Source: Desulfosoma sp. (GTDB lineage Bacteria; Desulfobacterota; Syntrophobacteria; Syntrophobacterales; DSM-9756). Taken from it: 64,000 bases of DNA. Below the pieces are notes generated by a model that saw only the letters and a list, made by a program, of their open reading frames with translations, searched no databases and was not told the DNA's origin. Of the stretch, positions 53,250 to 63,729 are shown piece after piece (positions within the stretch are counted from its first letter, which is position 1; every line of letters starts with the position of its first letter). Location of the stretch: contig JBBFKW010000010.1 in the NCBI GenBank assembly GCA_037481835.1, forward strand, positions 108,234 to 172,233, in the 5' to 3' direction. Both the position numbers and the translations under genes were made by a program.

Positions 53250-54704
53250 ATGAACGGGCCGTGGAGAACAAAACGGAAGAACCGCAAGCGCGCCACCACG
53301 TGCGCGTGGGCTCTGGCAATGCTGGCGGTGACGGCCTATGCCGGGTGTTCCGGGCCGGGCCGCGCGGCACGGCTCGCCGGCGGCTGGAGCGACCTTGCCG
53401 GGCTCAATGAAACCCTTCCCGGGGACATGGGACTTTCGGGGCAGGAAAGGCCCCTTCCCGACAACCCCACGCTCCAGGATTACCTGACCTACGCCGCACT
53501 CAACAATCCCGGCCTCCGGGCCGCCTTCGAGGCATGGAAGGCCGCGTTGTGGAAGATCCCTCAGGTGCGGAGCCTGCCTGATCCGCGTTTTACCTACGCC
53601 TATTTCGTGGAGCGGGTGGAGACGCGGGTGGGACCGCAACGCCAAAGGTTCGCCCTGGCCCAGACCTTTCCATGGCTGAGCAAGCTGGAACTTCAAGGCG
53701 ACGCAGCGGCCCGCGAGGCCGAAGCCAAGAGGGCTCTTTACGAGGCCGCCAAGTGGAAGCTGTTCGAAAGAGTGAAAAAAGCCTACTTTGAATATGCCTA
53801 CCTGAGGCAGGCCGTCGCGGTCACGGAGGAAAACATTCGGCTGCTGAAGCACCTGGAACGCGTGGTTCAAACCCAATACGCCGCATCGCTGAGTCCCTAC
53901 GGCGCCCTTGTCCGGCTCCAGACCGAACTGGGCCGGTTGGAAGACCGCCTGAAGACGCTGCAGGATTTGCGAAATCCCCTGTCCGAGGAACTCAACGCCG
54001 CCCTCAACCGCCCCAGGGACGCCGCACTGCCATGGCCGCAACCCATCCGATCGGAACCCGTCCCCTGGTCCGATGAAGAACTCAGAGGCCGGCTCCTGGA
54101 CGACAATCCGGAGCTCAAGGCGCTGAGCCGGCTTGTGGACAAGGAGAAAGCGGGGGAGGCTCTGGCACGCAAAAACTATTACCCGGACCTCACGGTGAGC
54201 CTGGAGGCGGTGGATACCGGTCAAGCCATGAACCGGGCGACTCCCGACAGCGGCAAAGACCCCGTGGCTGTGGGGTTTTCCATCAACCTGCCCATTTGGT
54301 GGACCAAGTACGATGCGGGAGTGCGGGAGGCCCAGAGCCGACGGGATGCGGCCTTGGAAAACCTGAAAGAGAAGCGGAATGAGTTGACCGCCCAACTGTC
54401 CATGGCCCTCTACAAGCTGCGGGATGCGGAGCGGCGCATCGACTTGTACAAAAACGGCTTGATTCCCAAAGGCCGGCAGTCCCTTCACGTGAGTCTCGAG
54501 AATTTCGAGGCGGGCCTCGGAACCTACTCGGACCTCATGGATGCCCAGCGGATGCTCCTTGAGTTTGAGCTGAACTATGAGCGGGCCGAGGCGGACAAAG
54601 CGCAACGACTGGCGGAGGTGGAGCGTCTCGTCGGGCGCTCTTTGGCGCAGGCTCCCACGGAAACCGCTCCGGCGGCCACCGGCGGGGAACAGACGAGGAA
54701 GTGA
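53250..54704 (+). CDS. TolC family outer-membrane efflux protein (CusC-like)
   Basis: ALNNPGLRAA, LPDP, QTFPW..KL, YYPD, INLPIW. Confidence 0.9.
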   Translation: MNGPWRTKRKNRKRATTCAWALAMLAVTAYAGCSGPGRAARLAGGWSDLAGLNETLPGDMGLSGQERPLPDNPTLQDYLTYAALNNPGLRAAFEAWKAALWKIPQVRSLPDPRFTYAYFVERVETRVGPQRQRFALAQTFPWLSKLELQGDAAAREAEAKRALYEAAKWKLFERVKKAYFEYAYLRQAVAVTEENIRLLKHLERVVQTQYAASLSPYGALVRLQTELGRLEDRLKTLQDLRNPLSEELNAALNRPRDAALPWPQPIRSEPVPWSDEELRGRLLDDNPELKALSRLVDKEKAGEALARKNYYPDLTVSLEAVDTGQAMNRATPDSGKDPVAVGFSINLPIWWTKYDAGVREAQSRRDAALENLKEKRNELTAQLSMALYKLRDAERRIDLYKNGLIPKGRQSLHVSLENFEAGLGTYSDLMDAQRMLLEFELNYERAEADKAQRLAEVERLVGRSLAQAPTETAPAATGGEQTRK

Positions 54705-54732
54705 ACCGAAGAGAAGAACAAGGCATGGGACC

Positions 54733-55008
54733 ATGACGCGAAGAAAATGGATCGTGACGGCAATGACCCTGGTGTTTCTGTTAGGAAGTTTGGGGGTCGG
54801 CGTAACGGCCGCCGGGGGGCGCCCTCAAGAAAAATGCCCCGTGATGGGAGGCCCCATCAACAAGAACATCTATACGGATTACAAGGGAAAGAGGATCTAC
54901 TTTTGCTGTCCGGCATGTCCGGGCGAGTTCAAGAAGGATCCCGAAAAGTACATGAAGAAACTGGAAGCCGAAGGCGTCGAGCTTGAAAAGGCGCCGCCCG
55001 GCAACTGA
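54733..55008 (+). CDS. Periplasmic YHS-domain metal-binding protein
   Basis: Signal peptide; CPVMGG, YFCCPAC..EFKKDPEKY. Confidence 0.88.
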   Translation: MTRRKWIVTAMTLVFLLGSLGVGVTAAGGRPQEKCPVMGGPINKNIYTDYKGKRIYFCCPACPGEFKKDPEKYMKKLEAEGVELEKAPPGN

Positions 55009-55277
55009 GGAGGCGGCGCCCTGGGGGATACCCCAAAGCCTATGGGCGAACCTATCCCGGAAAGGCCGCGTGAGTCCTCCGGCACAGGCACGAGTCCACC
55101 ACCTGCCGAAATTTGGGATGTCCGCTTCCCGTTCAATCCGGAGACTCGTTCCTCGGGAATGGTGAAGAGGCGATATAAATTTATAGACTCTCAAACACGC
55201 TTTCCAAGGAAACGGGCAAGAGAAGCGGCCGGCGCCATGAAAGTGTGACGGGTGCGGTGGGAGAAGAAAGGCGGGTG

Positions 55278-57152
55278 ATGGCACACTCGACGGCAGGAAA
55301 ACTTCGGAGGCACACGTGGAAGGCCCTTGCGGTCGCCTGTGCGGCGGCCGCGGTCTTCGCAAGTCCCCACGGTCGCGACGAAGGGCAGATCGAGGGGACC
55401 GGTGAACCGTTCACCATGGTCGGCCTGGCCCATGCCCAGCATGATCACGGCCCGGAAAAAAAGGTGCAGATTTGGACCTGTTCCATGCATCCCCAGATCC
55501 GCCTGCCCAACCCTGGAAAATGCCCCATCTGCGGCATGGACCTCATTCCGGCCGGCGAGGAAGGCGCTTCCGACGCGGGAGAAAAGACCCCAGTGCCGCG
55601 GCTCGTGCTTTCGGAGACGGCCCGAAGGCTCGCCCAGGTGCAGGTAAGTCCCGTGGAGCGCAGGCCCGTGGAAGTCACCCGGCGCCTGGTGGGCAAGCTT
55701 GCCTACGACGAGCGCCGCACGGCTTATATCACGGCGTGGGTTTCCGGCCGCCTCGATCGTCTCTACGTGGACTTCACCGGCACCGTGGTGGAAAAAGGCC
55801 GCCCCATGGTCTCCCTCTACAGCCCGGAACTCCTCGCGGCCCAATCGGAACTCATCCATGCCGTTCGCGCCGCACGGGATCTTACCAAGACCGGCCTGGA
55901 ATCCCTGCAGGCCACGGCGGCCCAGACCATCGAATCCGCCAAGGAAAAACTTCGACTCTGGGGCCTGACCGACGCTCAGATCCAGGACATCCTCCGGCGA
56001 GGCACCCCATCGGATCACATCACCATCTTGGCGCCCATGACCGGAACCGTGGTGCACAAGGACGGATTCGAAGGGATGTACGTGAAGACCGGAACCCGCA
56101 TCTACACCATCGCGGACCTGTCGTCCTTGTGGCTCAAGCTGGACGCCTACGAGTCGGATCTCGCCTGGATTGGGGTGGGAAACCGGGTGCGCTTTGAAAC
56201 GCAATCGTATCCCGGCGAGGAATTCAGCGGCATCGTCTCCTTTATCGATCCCTTTCTGGACGAACAAACGCGCACCATCAAGGTGCGCGTGGACGTGCCC
56301 AACCCCGACGGACGCCTTCGGCCCGGCATGTTCGCCCGGGCCGTGCTGCACGCCGCCATGGGCGAAGATCGGCCGCCGCTTGTCATTCCCGCCACCGCCC
56401 CCCTGATCACCGGAAAACGGGCCGTGGTCTACGTGGCCGTTGCGGACCAGCCGGGAACCTATGAGGGACGGGAAGTCATCCTGGGGCCCCGGGCCGACCG
56501 CTATTACGTGGTCCGCCACGGCCTCGAAGAAGGCGACATGGTGGTCACACACGGAAATTTCAAGATCGACAGCGCCCTGCAGATCCTGGCCAAACCCAGC
56601 ATGATGGCGCCGGAAGGCGGGGGCGGGGGCGGCATGCACCATCACGGCAATGCGGCTCCGGCCTCGGCCGCTCAAGGGACCGCCGGAGGCCCCCTCAACG
56701 TCCCCGACGCCTTCCGCGGGCAGCTCCGCCGGGTTATGGACGCATACCTGCAGGTTCACGAAGCCTTGGCCGCGGACAAGACTCAGGAGGCTTTGAAGGC
56801 TGCGGCAAAAATACGCACAGCCGTGGACCAGTTGGATATGGCGCTGCTCCAAGGCGATGCTCACATGATGTGGATGCGCGACCAGGAAAACATCCGCACG
56901 GCCCTGGGGCATATGGAAGCCTCCAAGGACCTGGACGCCCTTCGCACAGGCTTTGCCGGTCTCTCCGAGTCCATAGCGGTCCTGGCCAGGGACTTCGGCC
57001 TGGGTGCGGACAGACCCCTGTACCTCATCAAGTGCCCCATGGCCTTTGACGGCCAGGGAGCCTTCTGGCTCCAGCCGGACGATACGGTGCGCAACCCTTA
57101 CTATGGCGCCCGGATGCTCGGCTGCGGCGAGGTGCAGGAGATCCTCCGGTAG
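55278..57152 (+). CDS. RND periplasmic adaptor (CusB-like) with N-terminal heavy-metal-binding domain and C-terminal DUF3347-like domain
   Basis: WTCSMHPQI..PGKCPICGMDL, YSPEL, LRPGM, CPMAF...NPYYG..ML.CG. Confidence 0.9.
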   Translation: MAHSTAGKLRRHTWKALAVACAAAAVFASPHGRDEGQIEGTGEPFTMVGLAHAQHDHGPEKKVQIWTCSMHPQIRLPNPGKCPICGMDLIPAGEEGASDAGEKTPVPRLVLSETARRLAQVQVSPVERRPVEVTRRLVGKLAYDERRTAYITAWVSGRLDRLYVDFTGTVVEKGRPMVSLYSPELLAAQSELIHAVRAARDLTKTGLESLQATAAQTIESAKEKLRLWGLTDAQIQDILRRGTPSDHITILAPMTGTVVHKDGFEGMYVKTGTRIYTIADLSSLWLKLDAYESDLAWIGVGNRVRFETQSYPGEEFSGIVSFIDPFLDEQTRTIKVRVDVPNPDGRLRPGMFARAVLHAAMGEDRPPLVIPATAPLITGKRAVVYVAVADQPGTYEGREVILGPRADRYYVVRHGLEEGDMVVTHGNFKIDSALQILAKPSMMAPEGGGGGGMHHHGNAAPASAAQGTAGGPLNVPDAFRGQLRRVMDAYLQVHEALAADKTQEALKAAAKIRTAVDQLDMALLQGDAHMMWMRDQENIRTALGHMEASKDLDALRTGFAGLSESIAVLARDFGLGADRPLYLIKCPMAFDGQGAFWLQPDDTVRNPYYGARMLGCGEVQEILR

Positions 57153-57194
57153 CGGCGCTGCACAGTTTCCTGAATTGATTTGGATGGAGCCCCG

Positions 57195-60100
57195 ATGGCC
57201 ATGGGATATGGGCGTGACGAGAAGACGCGCAACGGGTCGTGGATCGCCCGGCTGATCCGCTTTTGCCTGGAAATGAAGATCGTGGTCTTCCTGTTTGTCC
57301 TGGTGATGGTGGCCTGGGGGATCATGGTGGCGCCCTTCGACTGGCACCTGGGCGGCCTGCCTCGCAATCCCGTTCCGGTGGACGCCATTCCGGACATCGG
57401 GGAAAATCAGCAGATCGTCTTCACGGAATGGATGGGAAGATCGCCCCAGGACGTGGAAGACCAGATCACCTACCCCCTGACCGTTTCCCTGCTCGGCATT
57501 CCCGGCGTCAAGACCATCCGAAGCTACTCCATGTTCGGTTTTTCCACCATTTACGTCATCTTCAAGGAAGACGTGAACTTTTACTGGTCGCGGTCCCGGT
57601 TGCTGGAAAAGCTCAACAGCCTTTCCGGCTCCACGCTCCCTCCGGGGGTTCAGCCCGTCCTGGGACCGGACGCCACCGCTCTCGGCCAAGTCTTCTGGTA
57701 CACGCTGGAAGGCCGAGATCCTGAGGGACAGCCCACGGGGGGATGGGACCTGGACGAGCTGCGCAGCATCCAGGATTGGTATGTGCGCTATGCGCTCCTT
57801 TCCGCCGACGGGGTGAGTGAAGTGGCCTCCGTGGGCGGTTTCGTCAAGGAATACCAGATCGATGTGGATCCGGATGCCATGCGGGCCCACCGCATTGCGC
57901 TCCAGGACGTCTTCCAGGCCGTGCAGGCTTCCAACCTGGACGTGGGTGCCCGCACCATCGAAGTGAACCAGGTGGAATATGTGATTCGGGGCGTGGGTTT
58001 CGTCCGCAGTCTGGAGGACCTGGAAGAGACGGTGGTGGCCGTTCGGGACCGGGTGCCGATCCGGGTCAAGGACGTGGCCCATGTGACCCTGGGCCCTGCC
58101 CTTCGCCGAGGGGCTTTGGACAAGGAAGGGGCCGAGGTGGTGGGCGGTGTGGTGGTGGTCCGCTACGGCGAAAATCCCCTGGCGGCCATCAAGAACGTGA
58201 AGAAAAAGATCGCGGAAATCTCCCCCGGCCTTCCCAAGAAGACCCTGCCCGACGGGACGGTGAGCCAGGTGTGGATCGTGCCGTTCTACGACCGAACGGG
58301 ACTCATCTACGAAACCTTGGGCACACTCAACCGGGCTCTTTACGAAGAAATCCTCGTGACGGTGATCGTCATCCTCCTTATGGTCATGCACCTGCGGAGC
58401 TCCCTGCTCATCTCGGGGCTGCTGCCCCTGGCGGTTCTCATGTGCTTCATCGCCATGAAACTCTTCCACGTGGACGCCAACATCGTGGCCCTCTCCGGGA
58501 TCGCCATCGCCATCGGCACCATGGTGGACATGGGAATTGTGATCTGCGAAAACATCCTTCGACGCATGCAGGAAGCCCCGGCCGGAGCCGATCGTCTGGA
58601 GGTGGTCCACAGGGCGTCGGTGGAAGTGGGAAGCGCCGTGCTGACGGCGGTGTCCACAACGGTGGTGAGCTTCCTGCCGGTGTTCACCATGGAGGGAGCC
58701 GAGGGAAAGCTCTTCAAACCCCTGGCTTTTACCAAGACTTTCGCCCTGATCGCCTCCATCGTCGTGGCCCTCACCGTCATCCCCCCCTTGGCCCACCTCC
58801 TTTTTCGGCCGAAGACGCCCCGTGAGGTTGCTGCGGGCCTTTGGAAGCGCGCGCTCTACGGTGCGCTCATTGCGGCCGGGGTTGCGGCCTTTTGGTTCGT
58901 ACCCTGGTGGGCCGCTTGCCTTGTGGTGGGCACGGGAATCTACCGGATGGCGGAATCCTTTGTGCCGCCGAGCGTTCGGGAGTGGATGTCCCGGGCCGTG
59001 AATCTCGCCCTCGTGGTGCTGGTGGCCCTTCTCCTGGCGGAGGAATGGCTCCCCTTGGGCCCGGAAAAGGGCCTGGTCCTCAACTTCCTTTTCGTGGCGA
59101 TCCTCATCGGAACCTTGCTGGGGACTTTCGGGCTCTTTCGCTGGGTCTACGAACCGGTGCTGAGCTGGAGCCTGCGGCACAAGGCGGTTTTCTTGTGCGC
59201 CCCTGTGCTGATCACGGGGACCGGGTTCCTCGTGTGGCTGGGCTTCGATGCCTTCTTCGGGTGGCTTCCCCGGGACATCCGCCAGACGACTCCCGTGCAG
59301 GTTCTAGCCCGCACCTTTCCCGGGCTGGGCAAGGAATTCATGCCGCCCCTGGACGAGGGCTCCTACCTCTATATGCCCACGACCATGCCCCATGCATCCA
59401 TCGGGGAGGCCTTGGACGTGCTTCAAAAACAGGACATGGCCATCCGGGCCATCCCGGAAATCCAATCGGTGGTGGGTAAGATCGGGCGCGTGGATTCGCC
59501 CCTGGATCCCGCGCCCATCTCCATGATCGAGACGGTGATCACCTATAAGCCCGAATATCTGGTGGACGAGGCGGGCCGCCGACTGCGCTTTCGCTTTTCC
59601 CCTTCGCAGAGGGATCTCTTCCGCGACGTGGATGGCGCCCCGCTTCCAGCTCCCGACGGCCGACCGTACTCGGTGCAGGGCACATTCCAGCGGGACGATC
59701 GGGGTAGGCTCATCCCCGACGAGCATGGCATGCCTTTCCGACTTTGGCGCCCGCCGCTGGACCCGGATCTCAATCCGGGACGAGCCCCATGGCCGGGGGT
59801 GAAGAAACCCGATGACATCTGGAAGCTTATCGTCGATGCGGCCGAGATTCCCGGCACCACTTCAGCCCCCAAGCTCCAGCCCATCGCGGCGCGCATCGTC
59901 ATGCTCCAGAGCGGCATGCGGGCGCCCATGGGCGTGAAGGTGAAAGGGCCCGACCTGGAAAGCATCGAGAAGGTGGGGCTGCAGCTGGAGCGGTTCCTCA
60001 AGGAGGTGCCGTCCATCGAACCCGCGACAGTCATTGCCGATCGGATCGTGGGGAAGCCCTACCTGGAAATCCGGATCGACCGAAACGCCATTGCGCGCTA

Positions 60101-61130
60101 TGGCCTTTCCATCCGGAGGGTGCAGGAGGTGATCGAAGTGGCCGTCGGCGGGAAAACCATCACGACCACGGTGGAAGGCCGCGAGCGCTACCCGGTCCGC
60201 GTGCGCTACCTTCGGGAACTCAGGGACACCATCGAGTCCCTGTCGCGGATCCTGGTGCCCGCTCCGGATGGGACGCAGGTGCCCCTGGAGGAGCTGGCGG
60301 AGGTCGTCTACGTTCGGGGCCCGCAGATGATCAAGAGCGAAGACACCTTCCAGGTGGGTTATGTGGTTTTTGACAAGAGGCCTGGATACGCGGAAGTCAA
60401 CGTGGTGGAGCAGGCCCAGGCCTACCTTCGGCAAAAGATGGCTTCGGGGGAGTTGGAGCTGCCGGCGGGGGTAAGCTATGCCTTTGCGGGAAATTACGAA
60501 AACCAGGTTCGGGCGCAGAAAAAACTTTCCGTGGTGCTGCCTCTGGCGCTTTTTATCATTTTCATGATCCTTTACCTTCAGTTCCGGTCCGTAACGACCA
60601 CCGCCTTGGTCTTTTCGGGGGTCTTTTTATGCTGGTCCGGAGGCTTCCTCACGCTGTGGCTCTACGGCCAATCCTGGTTCCTGGATTTTTCCGTCTTTGG
60701 AACGTCCATGCGGGAGCTCTTTTCCATCCATCCCGTCAACCTGAGTGTCGCGGTATGGGTGGGTTTTCTGGCCCTTTTCGGCATTGCCACCGACGACGGG
60801 GTGATTGTGGCGACCTACTTGGATGACAGCTTCCGGGAGCGGAAGCCGAAAACCGTGGAGGAGGTGAGACGGGCCGTCTTGGAAGGGGCCAAGAGGCGCC
60901 TGAGGCCGGCCCTGATGACCGTCGCCACCACCATCCTGGCCTTGCTCCCCGTGCTGACGTCCTCGGGGCGGGGTTCCGACGTCATGATTCCCATGGCGAT
61001 TCCGTCCTTCGGCGGGATGCTTTTGGGCCTCATCACCGTCCAGACCGTCCCCGTGCTCTATTGCGCCAAGGAAGAGCTCCGGCTGCGCTGGGACGCCCGC
61101 CGCAGCCACGCCCGGAAACGCCTTCGATAA
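57195..61130 (+). CDS. CusA/CzcA family heavy-metal RND efflux transporter (Cu/Ag-type)
   Basis: DAIPDIGENQ, GPDAT, AIAIGTMVD, EFMPPLDEG, TDPAP-like LDPAPISMIET, RLRPALMT. Confidence 0.93.
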   Translation: MAMGYGRDEKTRNGSWIARLIRFCLEMKIVVFLFVLVMVAWGIMVAPFDWHLGGLPRNPVPVDAIPDIGENQQIVFTEWMGRSPQDVEDQITYPLTVSLLGIPGVKTIRSYSMFGFSTIYVIFKEDVNFYWSRSRLLEKLNSLSGSTLPPGVQPVLGPDATALGQVFWYTLEGRDPEGQPTGGWDLDELRSIQDWYVRYALLSADGVSEVASVGGFVKEYQIDVDPDAMRAHRIALQDVFQAVQASNLDVGARTIEVNQVEYVIRGVGFVRSLEDLEETVVAVRDRVPIRVKDVAHVTLGPALRRGALDKEGAEVVGGVVVVRYGENPLAAIKNVKKKIAEISPGLPKKTLPDGTVSQVWIVPFYDRTGLIYETLGTLNRALYEEILVTVIVILLMVMHLRSSLLISGLLPLAVLMCFIAMKLFHVDANIVALSGIAIAIGTMVDMGIVICENILRRMQEAPAGADRLEVVHRASVEVGSAVLTAVSTTVVSFLPVFTMEGAEGKLFKPLAFTKTFALIASIVVALTVIPPLAHLLFRPKTPREVAAGLWKRALYGALIAAGVAAFWFVPWWAACLVVGTGIYRMAESFVPPSVREWMSRAVNLALVVLVALLLAEEWLPLGPEKGLVLNFLFVAILIGTLLGTFGLFRWVYEPVLSWSLRHKAVFLCAPVLITGTGFLVWLGFDAFFGWLPRDIRQTTPVQVLARTFPGLGKEFMPPLDEGSYLYMPTTMPHASIGEALDVLQKQDMAIRAIPEIQSVVGKIGRVDSPLDPAPISMIETVITYKPEYLVDEAGRRLRFRFSPSQRDLFRDVDGAPLPAPDGRPYSVQGTFQRDDRGRLIPDEHGMPFRLWRPPLDPDLNPGRAPWPGVKKPDDIWKLIVDAAEIPGTTSAPKLQPIAARIVMLQSGMRAPMGVKVKGPDLESIEKVGLQLERFLKEVPSIEPATVIADRIVGKPYLEIRIDRNAIARYGLSIRRVQEVIEVAVGGKTITTTVEGRERYPVRVRYLRELRDTIESLSRILVPAPDGTQVPLEELAEVVYVRGPQMIKSEDTFQVGYVVFDKRPGYAEVNVVEQAQAYLRQKMASGELELPAGVSYAFAGNYENQVRAQKKLSVVLPLALFIIFMILYLQFRSVTTTALVFSGVFLCWSGGFLTLWLYGQSWFLDFSVFGTSMRELFSIHPVNLSVAVWVGFLALFGIATDDGVIVATYLDDSFRERKPKTVEEVRRAVLEGAKRRLRPALMTVATTILALLPVLTSSGRGSDVMIPMAIPSFGGMLLGLITVQTVPVLYCAKEELRLRWDARRSHARKRLR

Positions 61131-61391
61131 CTCAAAAGCCCTTGGCCCCCATGCCCGCGGGAATCCGTCCCCTGCCGGCACCGCCGGGTTCCATTCCACG
61201 GGCTTTTTGGAATTTTGGTTACTTCTGGACAACGATTCCGCCGTGGTTCCTTCCGTGGTGAGTTTCGACGAGGCCACCGGCCGGATCCTCCCGCGCCGCG
61301 AAGCCCGGAACCGCGTGGCGGCCTTTCTCTCCAGACGGCCCGCTCCATCAAGCGGCTCATGGGATACGATGACATAAGCATCCCGTGAAAT

Positions 61392-61607
61392 TTAAAGTTC
61401 GTCTTCGGAGAGTATAATGAAAGCATCGATGTAATTGTGGATAAGTGTCTCGTCTGAAATTGATCGGTTAGCAACGATAGCAAGATAGACAAGATTTTTG
61501 CCCTTCTTGAAACCATAATCAACTTTGTTGATATAGACTTTTTCCCTAACCTCTGCCACTCCCAGTTCCAAGTGCGACTGAAGGCACGCGATACGTGCGA
61601 TAAGCCT
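61392..61607 (-). pseudogene. AT-rich gene remnant of unknown family
   Basis: Stop-free stretch ...LELGVAEVREKVYINKVDYGFKKGKNLVYLAIVANRSISDETLIHNYIDAFIILSEDEL*. Confidence 0.35.
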
Positions 61608-61968
61608 CTACTCTACAGGACCGGGACCCACCCCGAACCAGTAAACGTCCTCCTGGAGGGTGTTCGCAGCTGCCACAGCTGTAAAAAAGTAATGCCGAGG
61701 CGTGATGGCTTCGGTGATTTCTTCCGCCTTCCGAAAAGTCTCGGCGGCCCTCTCCACCCCGGACAGCATTGGAGATGACGGCTTTTCTCGGAGCGCAGCC
61801 CTTTAGGGCTGTGGGTAGATCCCCGGTCGTCCAGTCGACCATCGGGCATTGCCCGTCACTTCACTGGGCTGTGATGGTTCCCTTCCCGCGGGGCTGAAGC
61901 CACGCGGCGACGGAAGAGCTCGGGTTCCTTGCCGGTTGGTGAGAGGAAACCCATTCCCGCACAAGGGC

Positions 61969-62607
61969 TCAAAGCAGCCACTCGCGCACCGACACCTTTT
62001 GCCATGCGTCTTTGAAGATGCGATCGAAGGTGAAGAGCTCCGCGATTCCCTTGTCCCGCCTCCAAAGGACCACCTTCGTGAAGTCGTGCATTTCCGCGCA
62101 CTCGCGGCAGAACTCCAGGGACGCCACCTCTTCCAGCTCCTTCTTGAGATACCTGTGCACGTGCACGACCCGCGAGAGCTGAAACCGGGTGAAGATCTCC
62201 CTTTCCGTGATGAGCTCCCCGCACCGGGCGCATTCAAAGTAATAGTAGAGAACGTCACCCTCTTCCCCATCGAAAAGCTCCACCACGTTTTCCTCCGTCT
62301 CCTCGGCGGCATCCGCCTCCTCGGCCCATACGGCACCAGGGCGCTGGACGGGCCGCACCGTGGACAGATCGTAGCGGGCGGCGCACTCTTCGCAGAGCGC
62401 CAACCAGTCCTCCCCGTCCAGGATTTCCAGGGCGTCGCCCACCGCACGGCATTCATACGTGCTGACCGACAGGAAGGGAACGGTTGTGCGCATGTAGCGA
62501 CCGCACGCGGCGCACGGCTTCGGCAGTTCCACGATCTTGCCCTTTCCGCGGGAAAGGGCCGCATCGAAGCGTTCCAGAAAAGGGTCTTCCCGATCGACAA
62601 ATTTCAT
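61969..62607 (-). CDS. Hypothetical protein with two tandem Zn-ribbon-like repeats
   Basis: CAACG...CEECA and CARCG...CRECA; RBS GAGGAGG. Confidence 0.75.
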   Translation of the reverse strand: MKFVDREDPFLERFDAALSRGKGKIVELPKPCAACGRYMRTTVPFLSVSTYECRAVGDALEILDGEDWLALCEECAARYDLSTVRPVQRPGAVWAEEADAAEETEENVVELFDGEEGDVLYYYFECARCGELITEREIFTRFQLSRVVHVHRYLKKELEEVASLEFCRECAEMHDFTKVVLWRRDKGIAELFTFDRIFKDAWQKVSVREWLL

Positions 62608-62984
62608 AGCGCCTCCTCTCTGCGTTCCCGGGCCGCGGAACGCTGAAGCTCCCACAGCTGATGCCACACCCCGTGATAGGCGGAGGCCCTTTCACGGCGA
62701 ACCGCGGGAGGATCGTCCGGGTTGTGGCACGCTCGATTTTTGAAATTGTCGTAATCCAGCATCTTAATCGTCTGCACCATGGACCTAATGAAAACCTCTT
62801 CAGGCACTTCCACCCGAAAGCGGTAATCGTAACGGCCGCTTTCCAGGATCCCGTCTTCGGGAATCGCCGCTGCCCGGCAGAAGCGGACCAGGTCTTCCCG
62901 GACGCGGGCCCGCACCAGGAGCCGGTCCGGGAAATGGCGATGGCGCACCACGGAAAGAAAACCGTCTTCGGTGAAGATCCACAT
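62604..62984 (-). CDS. Hypothetical protein (phage/MGE-like family)
   Basis: MWIFTEDGFLSVV...LLVRARVREDL...DYRFR...LDYDNFK; RBS AGGAGG. Confidence 0.75.
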   Translation of the reverse strand: MWIFTEDGFLSVVRHRHFPDRLLVRARVREDLVRFCRAAAIPEDGILESGRYDYRFRVEVPEEVFIRSMVQTIKMLDYDNFKNRACHNPDDPPAVRRERASAYHGVWHQLWELQRSAARERREEAL

Positions 62985-62997
62985 GGGCACTCCTCCT

Positions 62998-63729
62998 TTA
63001 TCGAGGTTCCAGGGCAAATCGGGGCAGATCCGCCGAACCCAGCCAGCTTCGGCAGAGATCCAACGTGTGGCGCCATTCCCGAATGGACAGGTATTCTTGG
63101 GCGCTGTGTTCGTGGTAGTAGCCCACACTCAGGTTCACGCCGCAGATGTCCCGGCACAGGGTGCAGATGTCCGTGAAGGCACGTCGGTCCGGTTCCGCGT
63201 AGCCCGTGACGGAGGCCACGTAGCTTCTGAAATCATCGGTTCCCACGTCGTAGCACTTGAAATCGGCGGCGTTTCGCCGGTCGAACTCCACCATGAACCC
63301 GTGGGTTTCATTGATTTCGTCGTAGATGTCCGGACACTCCTCGACGAGGAACCAACTGCCCAGCTGCCCTTTTTCCTCGCCGTCGGTCACGAGAAGCGAA
63401 TGGCCTGAATCCTTGAGAAGCCACAGGATGGCGCAGCCTGCCCGGTCGTCGGCACCCAGACCCGAGGACTCCGAACGGAAGATCCCGTTTTCCCGTACCA
63501 CCCTGTGGGGCCTCGAAGTCCTCTCCCGGCCCCAAAGGGTCCAGACGGTGTCCGCATGGGCCACCAGCACGATCCGATCCTTTCGGCTTCCCGGCACGTA
63601 GACGAACCGGCGGCCGTCTCCACCATCCCGGTGGACCGCCCCGGGAAGGTTTCCGAAACGCTGCAGAACCGGATCCGAAGATTCCAACGAAAGGGACAAA
63701 AACTCTTCCAACACCTTGATCTCTTCCAT
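62998..63729 (-). CDS. Zn-dependent exopeptidase-fold protein (M28/M20-like)
   Basis: AHADTV, LGADDRAG, DGEEKG, FDRR, FTDI, NLSVGYYHEH. Confidence 0.8.
   Translation of the reverse strand: MEEIKVLEEFLSLSLESSDPVLQRFGNLPGAVHRDGGDGRRFVYVPGSRKDRIVLVAHADTVWTLWGRERTSRPHRVVRENGIFRSESSGLGADDRAGCAILWLLKDSGHSLLVTDGEEKGQLGSWFLVEECPDIYDEINETHGFMVEFDRRNAADFKCYDVGTDDFRSYVASVTGYAEPDRRAFTDICTLCRDICGVNLSVGYYHEHSAQEYLSIREWRHTLDLCRSWLGSADLPRFALEPR

Noticed and set aside
55191..59180. 1329-aa minus-strand ORF
   Set aside because: Antisense shadow of cusB/cusA caused by high-GC codon bias; no motifs
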